The notes under the pieces are model-generated. The model had not been told where the DNA came from, made no database searches, and was given only the letters and a program-made list of their open reading frames with translations. Below, piece by piece: positions 52,968 through 63,174 of a DNA stretch of 64,000 bases. This DNA is from Nitrospira sp. (GTDB taxonomy: Bacteria; Nitrospirota; Nitrospiria; Nitrospirales; Nitrospiraceae). Position 1 is the stretch's first letter; each line of letters begins with the position of its first letter. The DNA lies in assembly GCA_047150005.1 (NCBI GenBank), contig AP038806.1, forward strand, positions 3,680,001-3,744,000. The letters are read 5' to 3'. The translations under genes were made by a program, and so were the position numbers.

Positions 52968-54110
52968 CTAGAATGTGAGCGACAGCGATCCTGAAACCAG
53001 CGCTCCCTGTTCCTGAAAATCGTATCCTCCGCCCAGGTCCAACCGGAAAGCGTACATCCTGAAGCCGAGTCCGGCCGTGGGCGTAAAGGGAACTCCGGCA
53101 TCCTGCATATTCTTGAACGCCCCGATCCGCAGGGAGAGGAACTCGTTGAGGATCGTCTGCTCCGCGCCCAGGCTGAGCAGTTGGCTCTTCACGCCGGGCA
53201 CGAACGTATTGTTGGAGAGGATGTCCACATCGGCGGACAGGGTCAGTGTGGAGTAAGGATTGACGGCCATGCCGCCCCTGACCTGCGGCCCAAGTTTCAA
53301 TTCTCCCGACGGGCTGTCGAAGGTCGGCTGCGTGATGTCCTTGGCCACGACGCCGAAGCGCAGCCAGGAGGACGGTCGGTAGATCGCGCCCACGTCGAGA
53401 CTCAGCGCCGTGGACAGCGTGGGCTTCCCGAAGTTGTCCCGGAGCGACACGTCCGTCCCGCCTGTCAGCGTGGTTGAGCCGTTGTAGGCAGCGCCCTGGA
53501 TGATCTTTCCGGTCACGCCGATGGCGAAGGTCTTGTCGGCGAATGCATAGGCATAGGAGAGGGCGATCTGCCTGGCTTCGAGGCCTACGAGGGCCATCTG
53601 TCCCGTCAGGCTGATCGGCGTGTTGGGACCACCCGGCTGGGTCGCCTGGACCGGCGTCGAGACGAAACTGCCGCCGGTGGCGACATCGGAGACATTGATG
53701 CCGAAGGCATGCTCCCCGAAGTGGCCTTTGACGTAGATGCCGGCCGAGCCGTTCATGGATACGGTCGCCCCGGGTTGGTTGATGCTGTTGGCGATGTTCT
53801 GCGCGTTTGTAAGATTGCCGGCCGAGGTATCGTTGACGTTGAAGGATTCCAGATCGTGGATCGACTGCGCAATACCCATCCGGTCGATCCCTTGCCAGCC
53901 GGCCTGAATGCGGATGTCCACGGTTTGCGTCATCGCAAGCCCGGCCGGATTCCAATACGTGGCGAGCGCGTCCGTCGTAATCGCCACGCCGGCGCCGCCC
54001 ATGCCCATCGCACGCGGTCCGACGATCACGAACTCCGTCGCCGCCGCCGGCCCGGATAGCAGCAGCACCGCCGCAGCCGCCCAGAGCCGGAGGATTCGCG
54101 CGTGGGCCAT
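52968..54110 (-). CDS. Outer-membrane beta-barrel (TraF_2/FadL-like family)
   Basis: Signal peptide, RAMGMGGAGVA, YWNPAGL, amphipathic strands, terminal Phe. Confidence 0.8.
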   Translation of the reverse strand: MAHARILRLWAAAAVLLLSGPAAATEFVIVGPRAMGMGGAGVAITTDALATYWNPAGLAMTQTVDIRIQAGWQGIDRMGIAQSIHDLESFNVNDTSAGNLTNAQNIANSINQPGATVSMNGSAGIYVKGHFGEHAFGINVSDVATGGSFVSTPVQATQPGGPNTPISLTGQMALVGLEARQIALSYAYAFADKTFAIGVTGKIIQGAAYNGSTTLTGGTDVSLRDNFGKPTLSTALSLDVGAIYRPSSWLRFGVVAKDITQPTFDSPSGELKLGPQVRGGMAVNPYSTLTLSADVDILSNNTFVPGVKSQLLSLGAEQTILNEFLSLRIGAFKNMQDAGVPFTPTAGLGFRMYAFRLDLGGGYDFQEQGALVSGSLSLTF

Positions 54111-54324
54111 GGACTGAGGACTCCTTCGCATCGGAGAACTGCCGCCGAGTCTATTGGATGAATCGGCTCTCGTCAAGATTTTGAGGACTGTCGCCCTTCC
54201 GATCGGCGACTGTCCCCATGCACGTGGACGACAAAGAAAACACTCCGCTTGAATAAGCACGGCGGGATTCGCCGCGGCAGCGGCAGTAGAGGGATAGGCA
54301 CCGCTGTGGCCGAGCCGGCTTTCC

Positions 54325-54987
54325 CTAGAGGATCAGGCCGTCCTGGATGTGGATGATCCGATCCGCCTGCGCGGAGAGCTTGTCGTTGTGGGTCACGATC
54401 ACGAACGTGGTTCCGCACGTCTTGTTCAGCTCCCGCATCAACGCGAAGAGCGCGTCGCCCGTATGCGTGTCCAAATTGCCGGTCGGCTCGTCCGCGAGCA
54501 CGAGATCCGGTTGTTGGAGCAATGCGCGCGCCACGGCCACCCGCTGCTGCTCGCCGCCGGACAGTTCCCCCGGCTTGTGCTGGAGGCGCTCTCCCAGACC
54601 GACGTCCTTCAGAATCGCGATCGCTCGATCCTCGACCTCCGCCAGCCGCTTGCGTTGGATCAAGGCCGGCATACAGGCATTCTCCAGCGCCGTGAATTCC
54701 GGGAGCAGATGATGAAACTGAAAGATGAATCCGATGCGCCGGTTTCGAAACTCTGCCTGGGCCGCTTCGGACAATCGAAAGACGTCCTGATCCTCGAACA
54801 ACACGGACCCCTTCGTGGGGCGATCCAACAGACCCAGGATGTGGAGCAACGTACTTTTCCCCGCGCCGGACGCGCCGATGACGGCGACGAGTTCGCCCCG
54901 TTCGATGCGCAGATCGATACCTTGCAACACCGGCAAGGTCCGCTCGCCCATCCGGAACGACTTATGGAGGTCCGTGACGGTGATCAT
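54325..54987 (-). CDS. lolD: Lipoprotein-release ABC ATPase
   Basis: GASGAGKST, QFHHLLPEF, LSGGEQQR, ADEPTGNLD. Confidence 0.92.
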   Translation of the reverse strand: MITVTDLHKSFRMGERTLPVLQGIDLRIERGELVAVIGASGAGKSTLLHILGLLDRPTKGSVLFEDQDVFRLSEAAQAEFRNRRIGFIFQFHHLLPEFTALENACMPALIQRKRLAEVEDRAIAILKDVGLGERLQHKPGELSGGEQQRVAVARALLQQPDLVLADEPTGNLDTHTGDALFALMRELNKTCGTTFVIVTHNDKLSAQADRIIHIQDGLIL

Positions 54988-54992
54988 ATTTC

Positions 54993-55022
54993 AGTGCTGA
55001 GCCTTGAGTGCTGAGTGCTGAG
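54993..55022. repeat. Heptamer tandem repeat
   Basis: AGTGCTG-AGCCTTG-AGTGCTG-AGTGCTG between lolE and lolD. Confidence 0.75.
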
Positions 55023-55056
55023 AAAAGAGCATCGTGAACCGAGGATGGAAGTTGAA

Positions 55057-56337
55057 CTATTCATAGCGCAGCGCATCCACCGGTTCGAGCTTCGCCGCCT
55101 GCAGCGAGGGGTATACCGTCGCCGCGAAGCTGATGAGAATCGCCGAACCCGCCACGAGCAGCACATCTTCACCCAAGACGTGCACGGGGATCTTGGAGAT
55201 GTAATAGACCGTGGGATCGAAGGTCCAAAACGTCTGGATCAGCCACAGAAACGTGTAGCCCAGCGGAATGCCGATCCCCGTGCCGGACAGTCCGATGATC
55301 AGCCCGTTCAGCATGAAGATCCGCCTGATGCTCTTCCTCGTGGCTCCCATGGCCTTCAGGATGGCAATCTCTTTCTGCTTCTCGGTGACGATCATCGTCA
55401 GGGTGCTGACGATGTTGAACGAAGCCACGATCGTGATCAGCACCAGCAACAGGAACATCATCGTCTTTTCCAGCTTGAGCGCCGACAACAGATTGCGGTT
55501 CATCTGCATCCAGTCCCGCGCGCCGTAGGAAAAGCCCAAGGCCTGCTCCACCGACCGGGCGACCTCGTTTGCGCGGAAGACGTCGCTGACTTTCAGCTCG
55601 ATACCGGTCACCGTATCGCCCATGCCGAAAAATTTCTGCGCCTCGGCCAGGTCGATGTAGGCCAGCGACGAGTCGTACTCGTACATGCCTGAATGAAAGA
55701 TCCCGACCACCACGAACGGGCGGATCTTCGGCACCATGCCCATGGCGCTGATCGGGCCGACCGGAGATACGATGCTCACGATGTCTCCCGGAAACGCGCC
55801 GAGCCGGAGGGCGAGTTCCTTGCCCAGAATGATACCGGGTTTCTCCGTGGGCTGCAGAGGTCCGTTGGGGTTGTCGGCCGGAGGCAGATTCACCGACACC
55901 GGATGCCCGAGCATGGATAGCTCCCCGGCCGCCAGGTTCTTCTCCAACTCGGTCACCTTGCCTTCTCGTTTCGGATCGATCCCGCGCAGCACCACTCCAT
56001 GCGCACCGGCCTGCGTCGTCAACATGACCTGCTTTAAGATGAACGGCGTGGCGGCCACGACGTCCGGAACCGTCTCGGCCTTCTGGACGACCGGGCCGTA
56101 GTCGCTCATCGCGTCCTTCATCCGGTCCTGCACGATGACGTGAGCCGTCGTCCCGACGATCTTTGCCTGGATGTCCTCTTTGAAGCCGGTCATGATCCCG
56201 ACGGTGCCGATCAAGGCCGCCACGCCCAGCGTCACGCCGGTGATCGAGACGAACGTGTTGAGGGAGATGGTGCGGTTGCGCCGCTTCGCGCGGAGATAGC
56301 GCAGACCGACGAAGATTTCATAGGGGAGGGCGGCCAT
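55057..56337 (-). CDS. lolE: Lipoprotein-release permease LolC/E
   Basis: GLRYLRAKR, GVTLGVAALI, FNIVSTL, EIAILKAMGA, PVDALRYE. Confidence 0.92.
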   Translation of the reverse strand: MAALPYEIFVGLRYLRAKRRNRTISLNTFVSITGVTLGVAALIGTVGIMTGFKEDIQAKIVGTTAHVIVQDRMKDAMSDYGPVVQKAETVPDVVAATPFILKQVMLTTQAGAHGVVLRGIDPKREGKVTELEKNLAAGELSMLGHPVSVNLPPADNPNGPLQPTEKPGIILGKELALRLGAFPGDIVSIVSPVGPISAMGMVPKIRPFVVVGIFHSGMYEYDSSLAYIDLAEAQKFFGMGDTVTGIELKVSDVFRANEVARSVEQALGFSYGARDWMQMNRNLLSALKLEKTMMFLLLVLITIVASFNIVSTLTMIVTEKQKEIAILKAMGATRKSIRRIFMLNGLIIGLSGTGIGIPLGYTFLWLIQTFWTFDPTVYYISKIPVHVLGEDVLLVAGSAILISFAATVYPSLQAAKLEPVDALRYE

Positions 56338-56343
56338 CGCGGT

Positions 56344-57825
56344 CTATTTCTCTGGCCTCAGCTGGGGGAACAGCACGACGTCGCGGATGGAGCCCTGATT
56401 CGTGAACAACATGACGAGGCGGTCGATGCCGATGCCTTCGCCGGCCGTAGGCGGCATGCCGTATTCGAGCGCTCGCAAAAAGTCCTCGTCGACCACATGG
56501 GCCTCCTCGTCGCCGGCTTCCCGCTGCGCGGCCTGGCCCTCGAACCGCTCTCGCTGATCCAGCGGGTCGTTCAACTCGGAGAAGGCGTTGGCGATTTCGC
56601 GGCCGGCGATGTAGAGCTCGAACCGGTCGGTCAGCGCGGGATCCGAATCCTTCCGTCGCGCGAGCGGCGAGATTTCGATCGGATAATCCGTCACGAAGGT
56701 GGGTTGCTGCAGATTCGGCTCGACCGTTTCCTCGAAAATCTCGTTCACCACGTTGAAGAGGGGCCATTTGGGATCAACCGGCACGTTCAGTTTCTTCGCC
56801 GCCGCCAGCGCCTTCTCCTTGTCGCGCAGCACGGATTCGTCCAGTCCGTTCACCTCCAGGATGGCGTGATGGTAGGACCAGCGACGCCAGGGTGGGGTCA
56901 GATCGATCGCCGTCCCCTGGTAGTCGATCGTCGTCTTGCCCATGAGCTGAGAGGCCAGCGTGGACACGAGCTCCTCCGTCAGCGCGATCAGGTCGCGGTA
57001 GTCCGCGTAGGCGACGTAAAACTCCAGCATCGTGAACTCGGGATTGTGGATCGTCGAGATGCCTTCGTTCCGGAAATTCCGGTTGATCTCGAACACGCGC
57101 GGGAACCCCCCGACGATCAGCCGCTTCAGGTACAGCTCGGGCGCGATCCGCAGATAAAGATCCACGCCGAGCGCGTTATGATGCGTCACGAAGGGTTTGG
57201 CCGCGGCGCCGCCGGGGATGGGATGCATCATCGGCGTTTCGACTTCGAGAAAACCGCGTTCGATCAGGAAGGAGCGGATGCCGGCGATGATGCGGCTTCT
57301 CGCCGCGAAGATGCCGTGCACGTCCGGGTTGGCGATCAAGTCCACGTATCGCTGACGGTAACGGGTTTCGACGTCCGTCAACCCGTGCCACTTCTCCGGA
57401 AGCGGCCTCAGCGCCTTGCTCAGGAAGGTCAGATCACGAACCTCGACCGTGAATTCGTTGGTCTTGGTGCGGAACAGCGTGCCGGTGACGCCGATCCAGT
57501 CCCCCAGATCGAGCTGTTCGGTCACGGCGTACGCCTGCGGGGAGAGTAAATCTTTCTTGAGATAGACCTGCAACCGGTCCGATCCGTCCTGCAGCACCGC
57601 GAAGGCGGCCTTGCCGAACCGGCGGAGCGCCACCACGCGGCCCGCGAACGTGCAGGCGATCTTCTCCTGTTCCAAGATGTCCTTGGACTTCTCGCCGTGC
57701 AGCGCGATCAGGCGCCCCGCCCGGTCCTTGGCCTCGAACCGGCCGCCGTACGGCGCGACCCCCGCCGCGCGCAGTTGCTCGAGTTTCTTGATCCGCTGCT
57801 GTCGCTGCTCGTTCGGTTCGTCCAT
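56344..57825 (-). CDS. lysS: Lysyl-tRNA synthetase (class II)
   Basis: RYRQRYVDL, YLRIAPELYLKRL, FRNEG, GIGIDRL. Confidence 0.98.
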   Translation of the reverse strand: MDEPNEQRQQRIKKLEQLRAAGVAPYGGRFEAKDRAGRLIALHGEKSKDILEQEKIACTFAGRVVALRRFGKAAFAVLQDGSDRLQVYLKKDLLSPQAYAVTEQLDLGDWIGVTGTLFRTKTNEFTVEVRDLTFLSKALRPLPEKWHGLTDVETRYRQRYVDLIANPDVHGIFAARSRIIAGIRSFLIERGFLEVETPMMHPIPGGAAAKPFVTHHNALGVDLYLRIAPELYLKRLIVGGFPRVFEINRNFRNEGISTIHNPEFTMLEFYVAYADYRDLIALTEELVSTLASQLMGKTTIDYQGTAIDLTPPWRRWSYHHAILEVNGLDESVLRDKEKALAAAKKLNVPVDPKWPLFNVVNEIFEETVEPNLQQPTFVTDYPIEISPLARRKDSDPALTDRFELYIAGREIANAFSELNDPLDQRERFEGQAAQREAGDEEAHVVDEDFLRALEYGMPPTAGEGIGIDRLVMLFTNQGSIRDVVLFPQLRPEK

Positions 57826-57834
57826 GGCCGTCGT

Positions 57835-58975
57835 CTACTCCTCGTCCGCCGCGACTTTCGCCGGGGCGAGCAGGCTTCCCGTGAGCTTTTTCTTGAGATA
57901 GGCCTCGATGAATCCGTCCACGTCCCCGTCCATCACCGCCGAGACCTGGCCGACCTCGTGGCCGGTCCGGTGGTCCTTCACCATCTGATAGGGCTGGAAC
58001 ACGTAGGAGCGGATCTGGCTGCCCCAGGCGATGTCCTTCTTCTCGCCGACGATCGCATTGAACTCGGCTTCCTTCTTCTTCTGCTCCACCTCGAAGAGGC
58101 GCGCCTTCAGAATTTTCATCGCGCCGTTGCGGTTCTGCAGCTGGGACCGCTCGTTCTGACACTGCACGACGATCCCCGTCGGCAGGTGGGTGATGCGGAT
58201 CGCCGTTTCCACCTTGTTGACGTTCTGGCCGCCGGCGCCGCCGGCCCGGAACGTGTCGATCCTCAGATCCTTGTCCTCGATCACGACGTCGATGTCGTCG
58301 TTCAGCTCGGGATACACGAAGACTGAGGCAAACGAGGTGTGACGCCGCTTGTTCGAATCGAAGGGCGAGATGCGGACCAGCCGATGCACGCCTGCTTCGG
58401 CCTTCATATAGCCGTAGGCATACGGGCCCGTGATCGACACCGTGGCGCTCTTGATGCCGGCCTCGTCGCCCGCCTGCAGATCAAGGGTCTCCACTTTGAA
58501 TTTTTTCCGCTCCGCCCAGCGCACGTACATGCGCAGGAGCATCTGCGCCCAATCCTGCGATTCCGTTCCGCCCGCACCCGGATGGATGGACACGATCGCA
58601 TTGTTCGGATCCAGTTCGCCGGACAGCAGCATCTCCACGCGCAAGGTCGCCAGGCGCGGCTCGAACCGGTCCACTTCACCTGTCAGCTCGGCTTCCAATC
58701 CCGCGTCGCCGCTTTCCTCCGCCAGCTCCAGCAAGGCGCCAATATCCTTGAGCGTCTGCTCGATCTCGCGCCATTCCTGCAGGTCGTGCTCGAGCGTCGC
58801 CTTCTTGCGGCTGACCTTGGCCGCCGCCTGGGCGTTGTTCCAGAAATTCGGCTGTGCGATTTGTTGTTCCAGCTCGTCGAGCTCGGACGTCATGCGGGCG
58901 AAGTCAAAGATGCCCCCGAAGTTCAGACACCTGCTCACCGATCGAACGCACGCGCACACGGATCTCGTCCAACAT
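57835..58975 (-). CDS. prfB: Peptide chain release factor 2 with programmed +1 frameshift
   Basis: 23-codon ORF MLDEIRV...RGHL, then CGGGGG-CAT-CTT-TGA-C (CTTTGAC at 58909-58903); SPF and GGQ motifs in the +1 frame. Confidence 0.96.
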
Positions 58976-58994
58976 CGCGGGGTCCTTTCCTTTG

Positions 58995-60620
58995 TTACAC
59001 GGGGGTCGCGGCAACCGCATCCGGTTCGGGCCCTTCCGTGCGGAAGAGTCCGAACAGGCACAAGACAGCGCAGATTAACACACAGCCGTAGGCAAACACA
59101 TCCCCATGCCGGCTGTAAAACGTGCGCGGCTGAAGCACTGGGACGGCGGCCTGCAGCACCGTCTCGGTAAAGATCGAGGAGGTCTGTAAGATGCGGCCGA
59201 ACGGATCGATGAACCCGGACACGCCGGTATTGGCGGCGCGCGTGAAGGCCAGATGATTTTCCACGGAGCGGAACACCACCATCGAGAAGTGCTGCATCGG
59301 AGCCGACGATTCGCCGAACCACGCGTCGTTGGTGATCGTCACGAGGAACTCGGCGCCGTTCTGCGCAAATCGCCGGACTAAATCCGGGAAGATGACTTCG
59401 TAGCAAATCAGCACCCCGAACTTGACCGGGCGCCCTCCGCCGCCTTCTCCGCCGGCCGAAGCCTGACGAGGCATGAAGGAAAACACGGTCGGGCCCGGCC
59501 CAGCCTGAAAATCCCCGATGCCCTCCACCAGTTTTTCGAGGAAGAAGAGCAGCGAGGACTTGAGCGGGATATATTCCCCGAACGGCACGAGATGCTGCTT
59601 GTCGTAGCGGCCGAGCAGGTTCCCGCCGGGAGCGATCAGATAGGCGCTGTTGAGCAGATAGGGTCGCCGCTCGTTGTCGAATCGTACCGCCGGACTCCCG
59701 AACAGGAGGGGAGCCGAGGCTCGATTGGCGATCGCCAGCACACGCAATTGATATTCCGGTTCACGCTCGAAGAAAAACGGCGTCGCCGCTTCCGGCCAGA
59801 CGACCAGGTCCGCGCCGGCTCCGAGCGATTCGGTCAGCCGCTCGTAGCGGACGAGAGTTTCGTCGCGATGCGCCGGATCCCACTTGATCGATTGATCCAC
59901 GTTCGGCTGGACCACGCCGACCCGGAGCGACGTTTTCGGCGCCTGAAATCCTTCCCCCACGATCAGCGATGTGCTGTAGGCCCAGGAGAGGCCCACCAGA
60001 ATCGCCGCCGTCGTCACGAGTTCCCAGGGGAGCCGCGCCGGTACGAAGCCCCGAAAGAGCGGCATGAGCCAGGCGATCAGTTCGGCCATCGCCACGTTGG
60101 CCAGCACGAGCAGGAACGAGACGCCGTAGACCCCCAGATGATCCGCGATCTGGATCACGTCCAGTTGGCGGTACTGGGAATAGCCGAGCAGCGACCAGGG
60201 CAGGCCGCTGAACAGATAGGTCCGCGCCAACTCCAACGTCACCCACAAACAAGGGGCGGCGAACAGGCCGTAGCGCGGGACCAGCGATCGGAACCAGACG
60301 TAGCCGGCGCTGTAGAGCGCCACGAAGAGGCCCAGGTAGCCCGTGAGCAAGAGCAGGACGGCGTAAGCGACCAGTAGGGGCACTTTCCCGTACGTATGCA
60401 TGGCCGTCACGACCCAGGCCATGATGCCCGTAAAACCGATGGTGCCGCTGAGCCAGCCCAGACGGAAGGCCCGCCACTTGCTGGGACTGTCGAGCGCGAG
60501 ATGAAGCGGGATCAGCGCCACCCAGGCCAGGAGTCCGATATCGAACTTGGGAAAGCAGAAGGGGAGGAGAAGACCGCTCGCCACCGCGAGCACGATTGAG
60601 CGGACAGGCCACTGATGCAT
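58995..60620 (-). CDS. lnt: Apolipoprotein N-acyltransferase
   Basis: [35 protein letters not shown]. Confidence 0.96.
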   Translation of the reverse strand: MHQWPVRSIVLAVASGLLLPFCFPKFDIGLLAWVALIPLHLALDSPSKWRAFRLGWLSGTIGFTGIMAWVVTAMHTYGKVPLLVAYAVLLLLTGYLGLFVALYSAGYVWFRSLVPRYGLFAAPCLWVTLELARTYLFSGLPWSLLGYSQYRQLDVIQIADHLGVYGVSFLLVLANVAMAELIAWLMPLFRGFVPARLPWELVTTAAILVGLSWAYSTSLIVGEGFQAPKTSLRVGVVQPNVDQSIKWDPAHRDETLVRYERLTESLGAGADLVVWPEAATPFFFEREPEYQLRVLAIANRASAPLLFGSPAVRFDNERRPYLLNSAYLIAPGGNLLGRYDKQHLVPFGEYIPLKSSLLFFLEKLVEGIGDFQAGPGPTVFSFMPRQASAGGEGGGGRPVKFGVLICYEVIFPDLVRRFAQNGAEFLVTITNDAWFGESSAPMQHFSMVVFRSVENHLAFTRAANTGVSGFIDPFGRILQTSSIFTETVLQAAVPVLQPRTFYSRHGDVFAYGCVLICAVLCLFGLFRTEGPEPDAVAATPV

Positions 60621-60681
60621 CGCGCTAACTTAGCGGAAGGTAAGGCTTGATGCAACGGCTCCCCAGCCTCAACCTGTCCGG

Positions 60682-61020
60682 CTAGTGGGTCATGAACGAC
60701 AGCGGGGTCCGCTGATCGAACGCGACCTGATCCAGCTCCCACGACGTGGCCGTGTCGTCGTGGTCGAGCTGCACCCCGAAGAACTGATCGCGCACCCACC
60801 GCACCGTGGCCTTCCTGATTAGAAGCGCCGACTGTGTCGGGGGGATGAGCAACACCATCAGTTCCATCCCGACTTCTACGCCGTGCGATCCCTGCAAGCA
60901 GCCGCCGCTACGGGTGAGATTGGCGGTCACTCCGCTCGCGTGAAACGCACCGTCGGAATAGTACACCGCACAGGTGATGGGCACGCGCAGGCTCCTGCGC
61001 TTGTCAGAATGGAACATCAT
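60682..61020 (-). CDS. PilZ-domain protein
   Basis: RRSLR, NLTRSG, FGVQL; AGGAGG SD. Confidence 0.8.
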   Translation of the reverse strand: MMFHSDKRRSLRVPITCAVYYSDGAFHASGVTANLTRSGGCLQGSHGVEVGMELMVLLIPPTQSALLIRKATVRWVRDQFFGVQLDHDDTATSWELDQVAFDQRTPLSFMTH

Positions 61021-61457
61021 GGGAGCCTCCTGGAAAACAAGACGGATGACGATCCAATCCTTTTGAATGAGAGCGTGACGGGCGCCTCCGCCCGGGCCCC
61101 GGTCCGGTTCTGCACGAGCATGACGCACGCAATCAGGGCGATGCCGCCGGCATTGACGGCAAGATCATCGGACGACGTGCTGCGGCCCGGTACACAACCC
61201 TGGAATATTTCGGTCCACAGGCCGAACACGAAAGCGGCACTCGACGCAACGAACACGGCATAGGAGATGGGCCAGCCTCGCCGGCGCAGGCCGCGAGTCA
61301 ATAACCAAGCCAAGAATCCGTACCCAGGCGCATGGGTCCATTCGAGAAGAGCCGGGGGCATCTGCGTGATGAGCCGGCCGCTCACACCCACTCCGGGTGC
61401 GATCATCGCGCCGAAACACAACACCACCATGTAACCGAGCGCCGTGCCGAATCCCAC
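61017..61457 (-). CDS. VanZ-like membrane protein
   Basis: HAPGYGFLA, TEIFQGCVPGR...DLAVNAGG; GTG after GGGAGG. Confidence 0.75.
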   Translation of the reverse strand: MGFGTALGYMVVLCFGAMIAPGVGVSGRLITQMPPALLEWTHAPGYGFLAWLLTRGLRRRGWPISYAVFVASSAAFVFGLWTEIFQGCVPGRSTSSDDLAVNAGGIALIACVMLVQNRTGARAEAPVTLSFKRIGSSSVLFSRRLP

Positions 61458-61818
61458 TCGTATCCTCCCTAACTGATGCTCAGAGGGTGCGCCGAACTCC
61501 TGGCACTCGGAAGCTACACAACATTGGACGACCGAAACTACTAGGCATTGGTAGGGGAGCAATGCGGAATACCTGGTTAAAACCCTAGCGACGTCCGAAT
61601 GTGCAGCCTCTTTGGAGGGGCTCGTTTCGGGTGCGTACGGACAATTGACCGCCGCGACGAACCATCGATTGCCGCATTCATCGAATCGACGAGTGTCGCC
61701 CCGGCCCGAATTGCCACCGCCCAGGGATCTGCCGAGGCCCGGCCGATCCCGGTACCGGCTACAGTGGGTCTCGTCACATAGTCATCTCACGCGTTCATGC
61801 ACGAAGGAGGTGCGAACC

Positions 61819-62136
61819 ATGGCAGGAGGATGGGGAGGGTGGGTATTTGCTTCGGCAATTATTTTGGGTCTCACCGCGACAGGGTGCGCAAAGACGGGAC
61901 CGGAGAAGCACACAACGGTTCCGACCAAGGGCGAGCGAGTCATGCAAGACGCCGTTACCGGTCAGCTCAGCGAGATGGGGTCGAGTCACGTGTCCATCAC
62001 ACAGACGGGCGGGCACATCAGGCATCTGCGCGTGGACAGCCAAACGAAGATGGACCAGATCGCGAAGGGTGACTATGTGAAGGCCTTTGTCACGGACGAT
62101 GGCTACGCCTCCACCATCCAACGGGTCGGCCCGTAG
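61819..62136 (+). CDS. Small hypothetical lipoprotein (OB-fold-like)
   Basis: AAGGAGG SD, TATGC lipobox. Confidence 0.65.
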   Translation: MAGGWGGWVFASAIILGLTATGCAKTGPEKHTTVPTKGERVMQDAVTGQLSEMGSSHVSITQTGGHIRHLRVDSQTKMDQIAKGDYVKAFVTDDGYASTIQRVGP

Positions 62137-62342
62137 GTAGGCCGATGGAGACGAACGAGCTGATGTCTCGCACCATTCTATAGACTGCTCCCGTCCGGTC
62201 CTGTCCACCGCACTACGTGATTTTTCTTGAAGAACGGCCTCCTTTCGTCCACGATGAGCCGTGAAACCAGCCGATGTGTACTATGATAGTGCGCATCGAA
62301 CCTTCGAGAGAGATCAGCATGCACATCCTGATATGTCGCCCG

Positions 62343-63035
62343 ATGACCGCTGCCGCGTTGTGCACAGCACCGTGCGCTTGTCTCCTGCTCCTGGCGGCCG
62401 GCTGCGCCTGGAAGAGCACCTACGACGAGGCGGTCGCCGAGAAGGAGGGCGTCAAAGCGGAACTGCAGAGCGTCACGGTCGAACAGAACCGTCTGGCCGA
62501 GCAGGCGAAGGCGATAGAACCACTCACACGACGGGCCAGTCAGCAAGCGGAGCAGGCCAATGCGTCGCTCCGGGACGCGATCGACACAGCAGAGACCGAA
62601 CGCAAGATCGGAGAAGAGCGGCAGGCCAAGCTCGCGCGTCTCATCGACCAGCTGACCGCCCAACAGAACAGCCTGCGCCAGGCGATGCGCCAGGCTAAAG
62701 CGGAACAGCCCAAATTGCAGGCGGCCGTGGACAAGTATCGGGCGCAACTGGATGAAGCCGACCGGCTCAGTGCCGCCGCGGCCTTCCCGCCGCCTCCGCC
62801 GTCCGTTCAGGATCCCATTGCCTCCGCGGCTGCCCCTCCGCTCCCGGCCTCACCACAGGCACCGACCATGACCCAGACATCCCTGTCTTCTTCGGCTCCG
62901 GCCGCATCACGCGACGCGCCTCCCGCACCTGCGACCAGGCCGGTAACCAAACGGGGAGTCGAGCCGGCTGAAGAAGGCTTCTTCGCGGCGATGACAGACT
63001 GGCTGGTCTCGCTCTGGCGATCGGTCTTCTCCTAA
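62343..63035 (+). CDS. Coiled-coil lipoprotein with Pro/Ala-rich tail (start uncertain)
   Basis: LAAGC lipobox, long coil, C-terminal amphipathic helix. Confidence 0.65.
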   Translation: MTAAALCTAPCACLLLLAAGCAWKSTYDEAVAEKEGVKAELQSVTVEQNRLAEQAKAIEPLTRRASQQAEQANASLRDAIDTAETERKIGEERQAKLARLIDQLTAQQNSLRQAMRQAKAEQPKLQAAVDKYRAQLDEADRLSAAAAFPPPPPSVQDPIASAAAPPLPASPQAPTMTQTSLSSSAPAASRDAPPAPATRPVTKRGVEPAEEGFFAAMTDWLVSLWRSVFS

Positions 63036-63174
63036 CAGCCTACAGTGCACGCTCATGGCATCCCCTCCTTGACACAGCTGTGCCGGCGAGGTCGCATTTC
63101 TTCAGCCGCTTCATCTATGATGACTCACTCGACGGACTCCGTGTCCGAATGCTCAACTCCATGACCTGTCACCC

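Noticed and set aside
52968..54110. TraF-like gene as part of a conjugation system
   Set aside because: About 45 kb from the relaxase, housekeeping context, no other T4SS genes; looks like a generic outer-membrane barrel
58976..59406. Long N-terminal extension of RF2 in the ORF track
   Set aside because: Artefact of the frameshift; overlaps lnt in another frame
61501..61516. Sigma-54 promoter TGGCACTCGGAAGCT
   Set aside because: The -12 GC is one base off the required spacing and TTGC is absent
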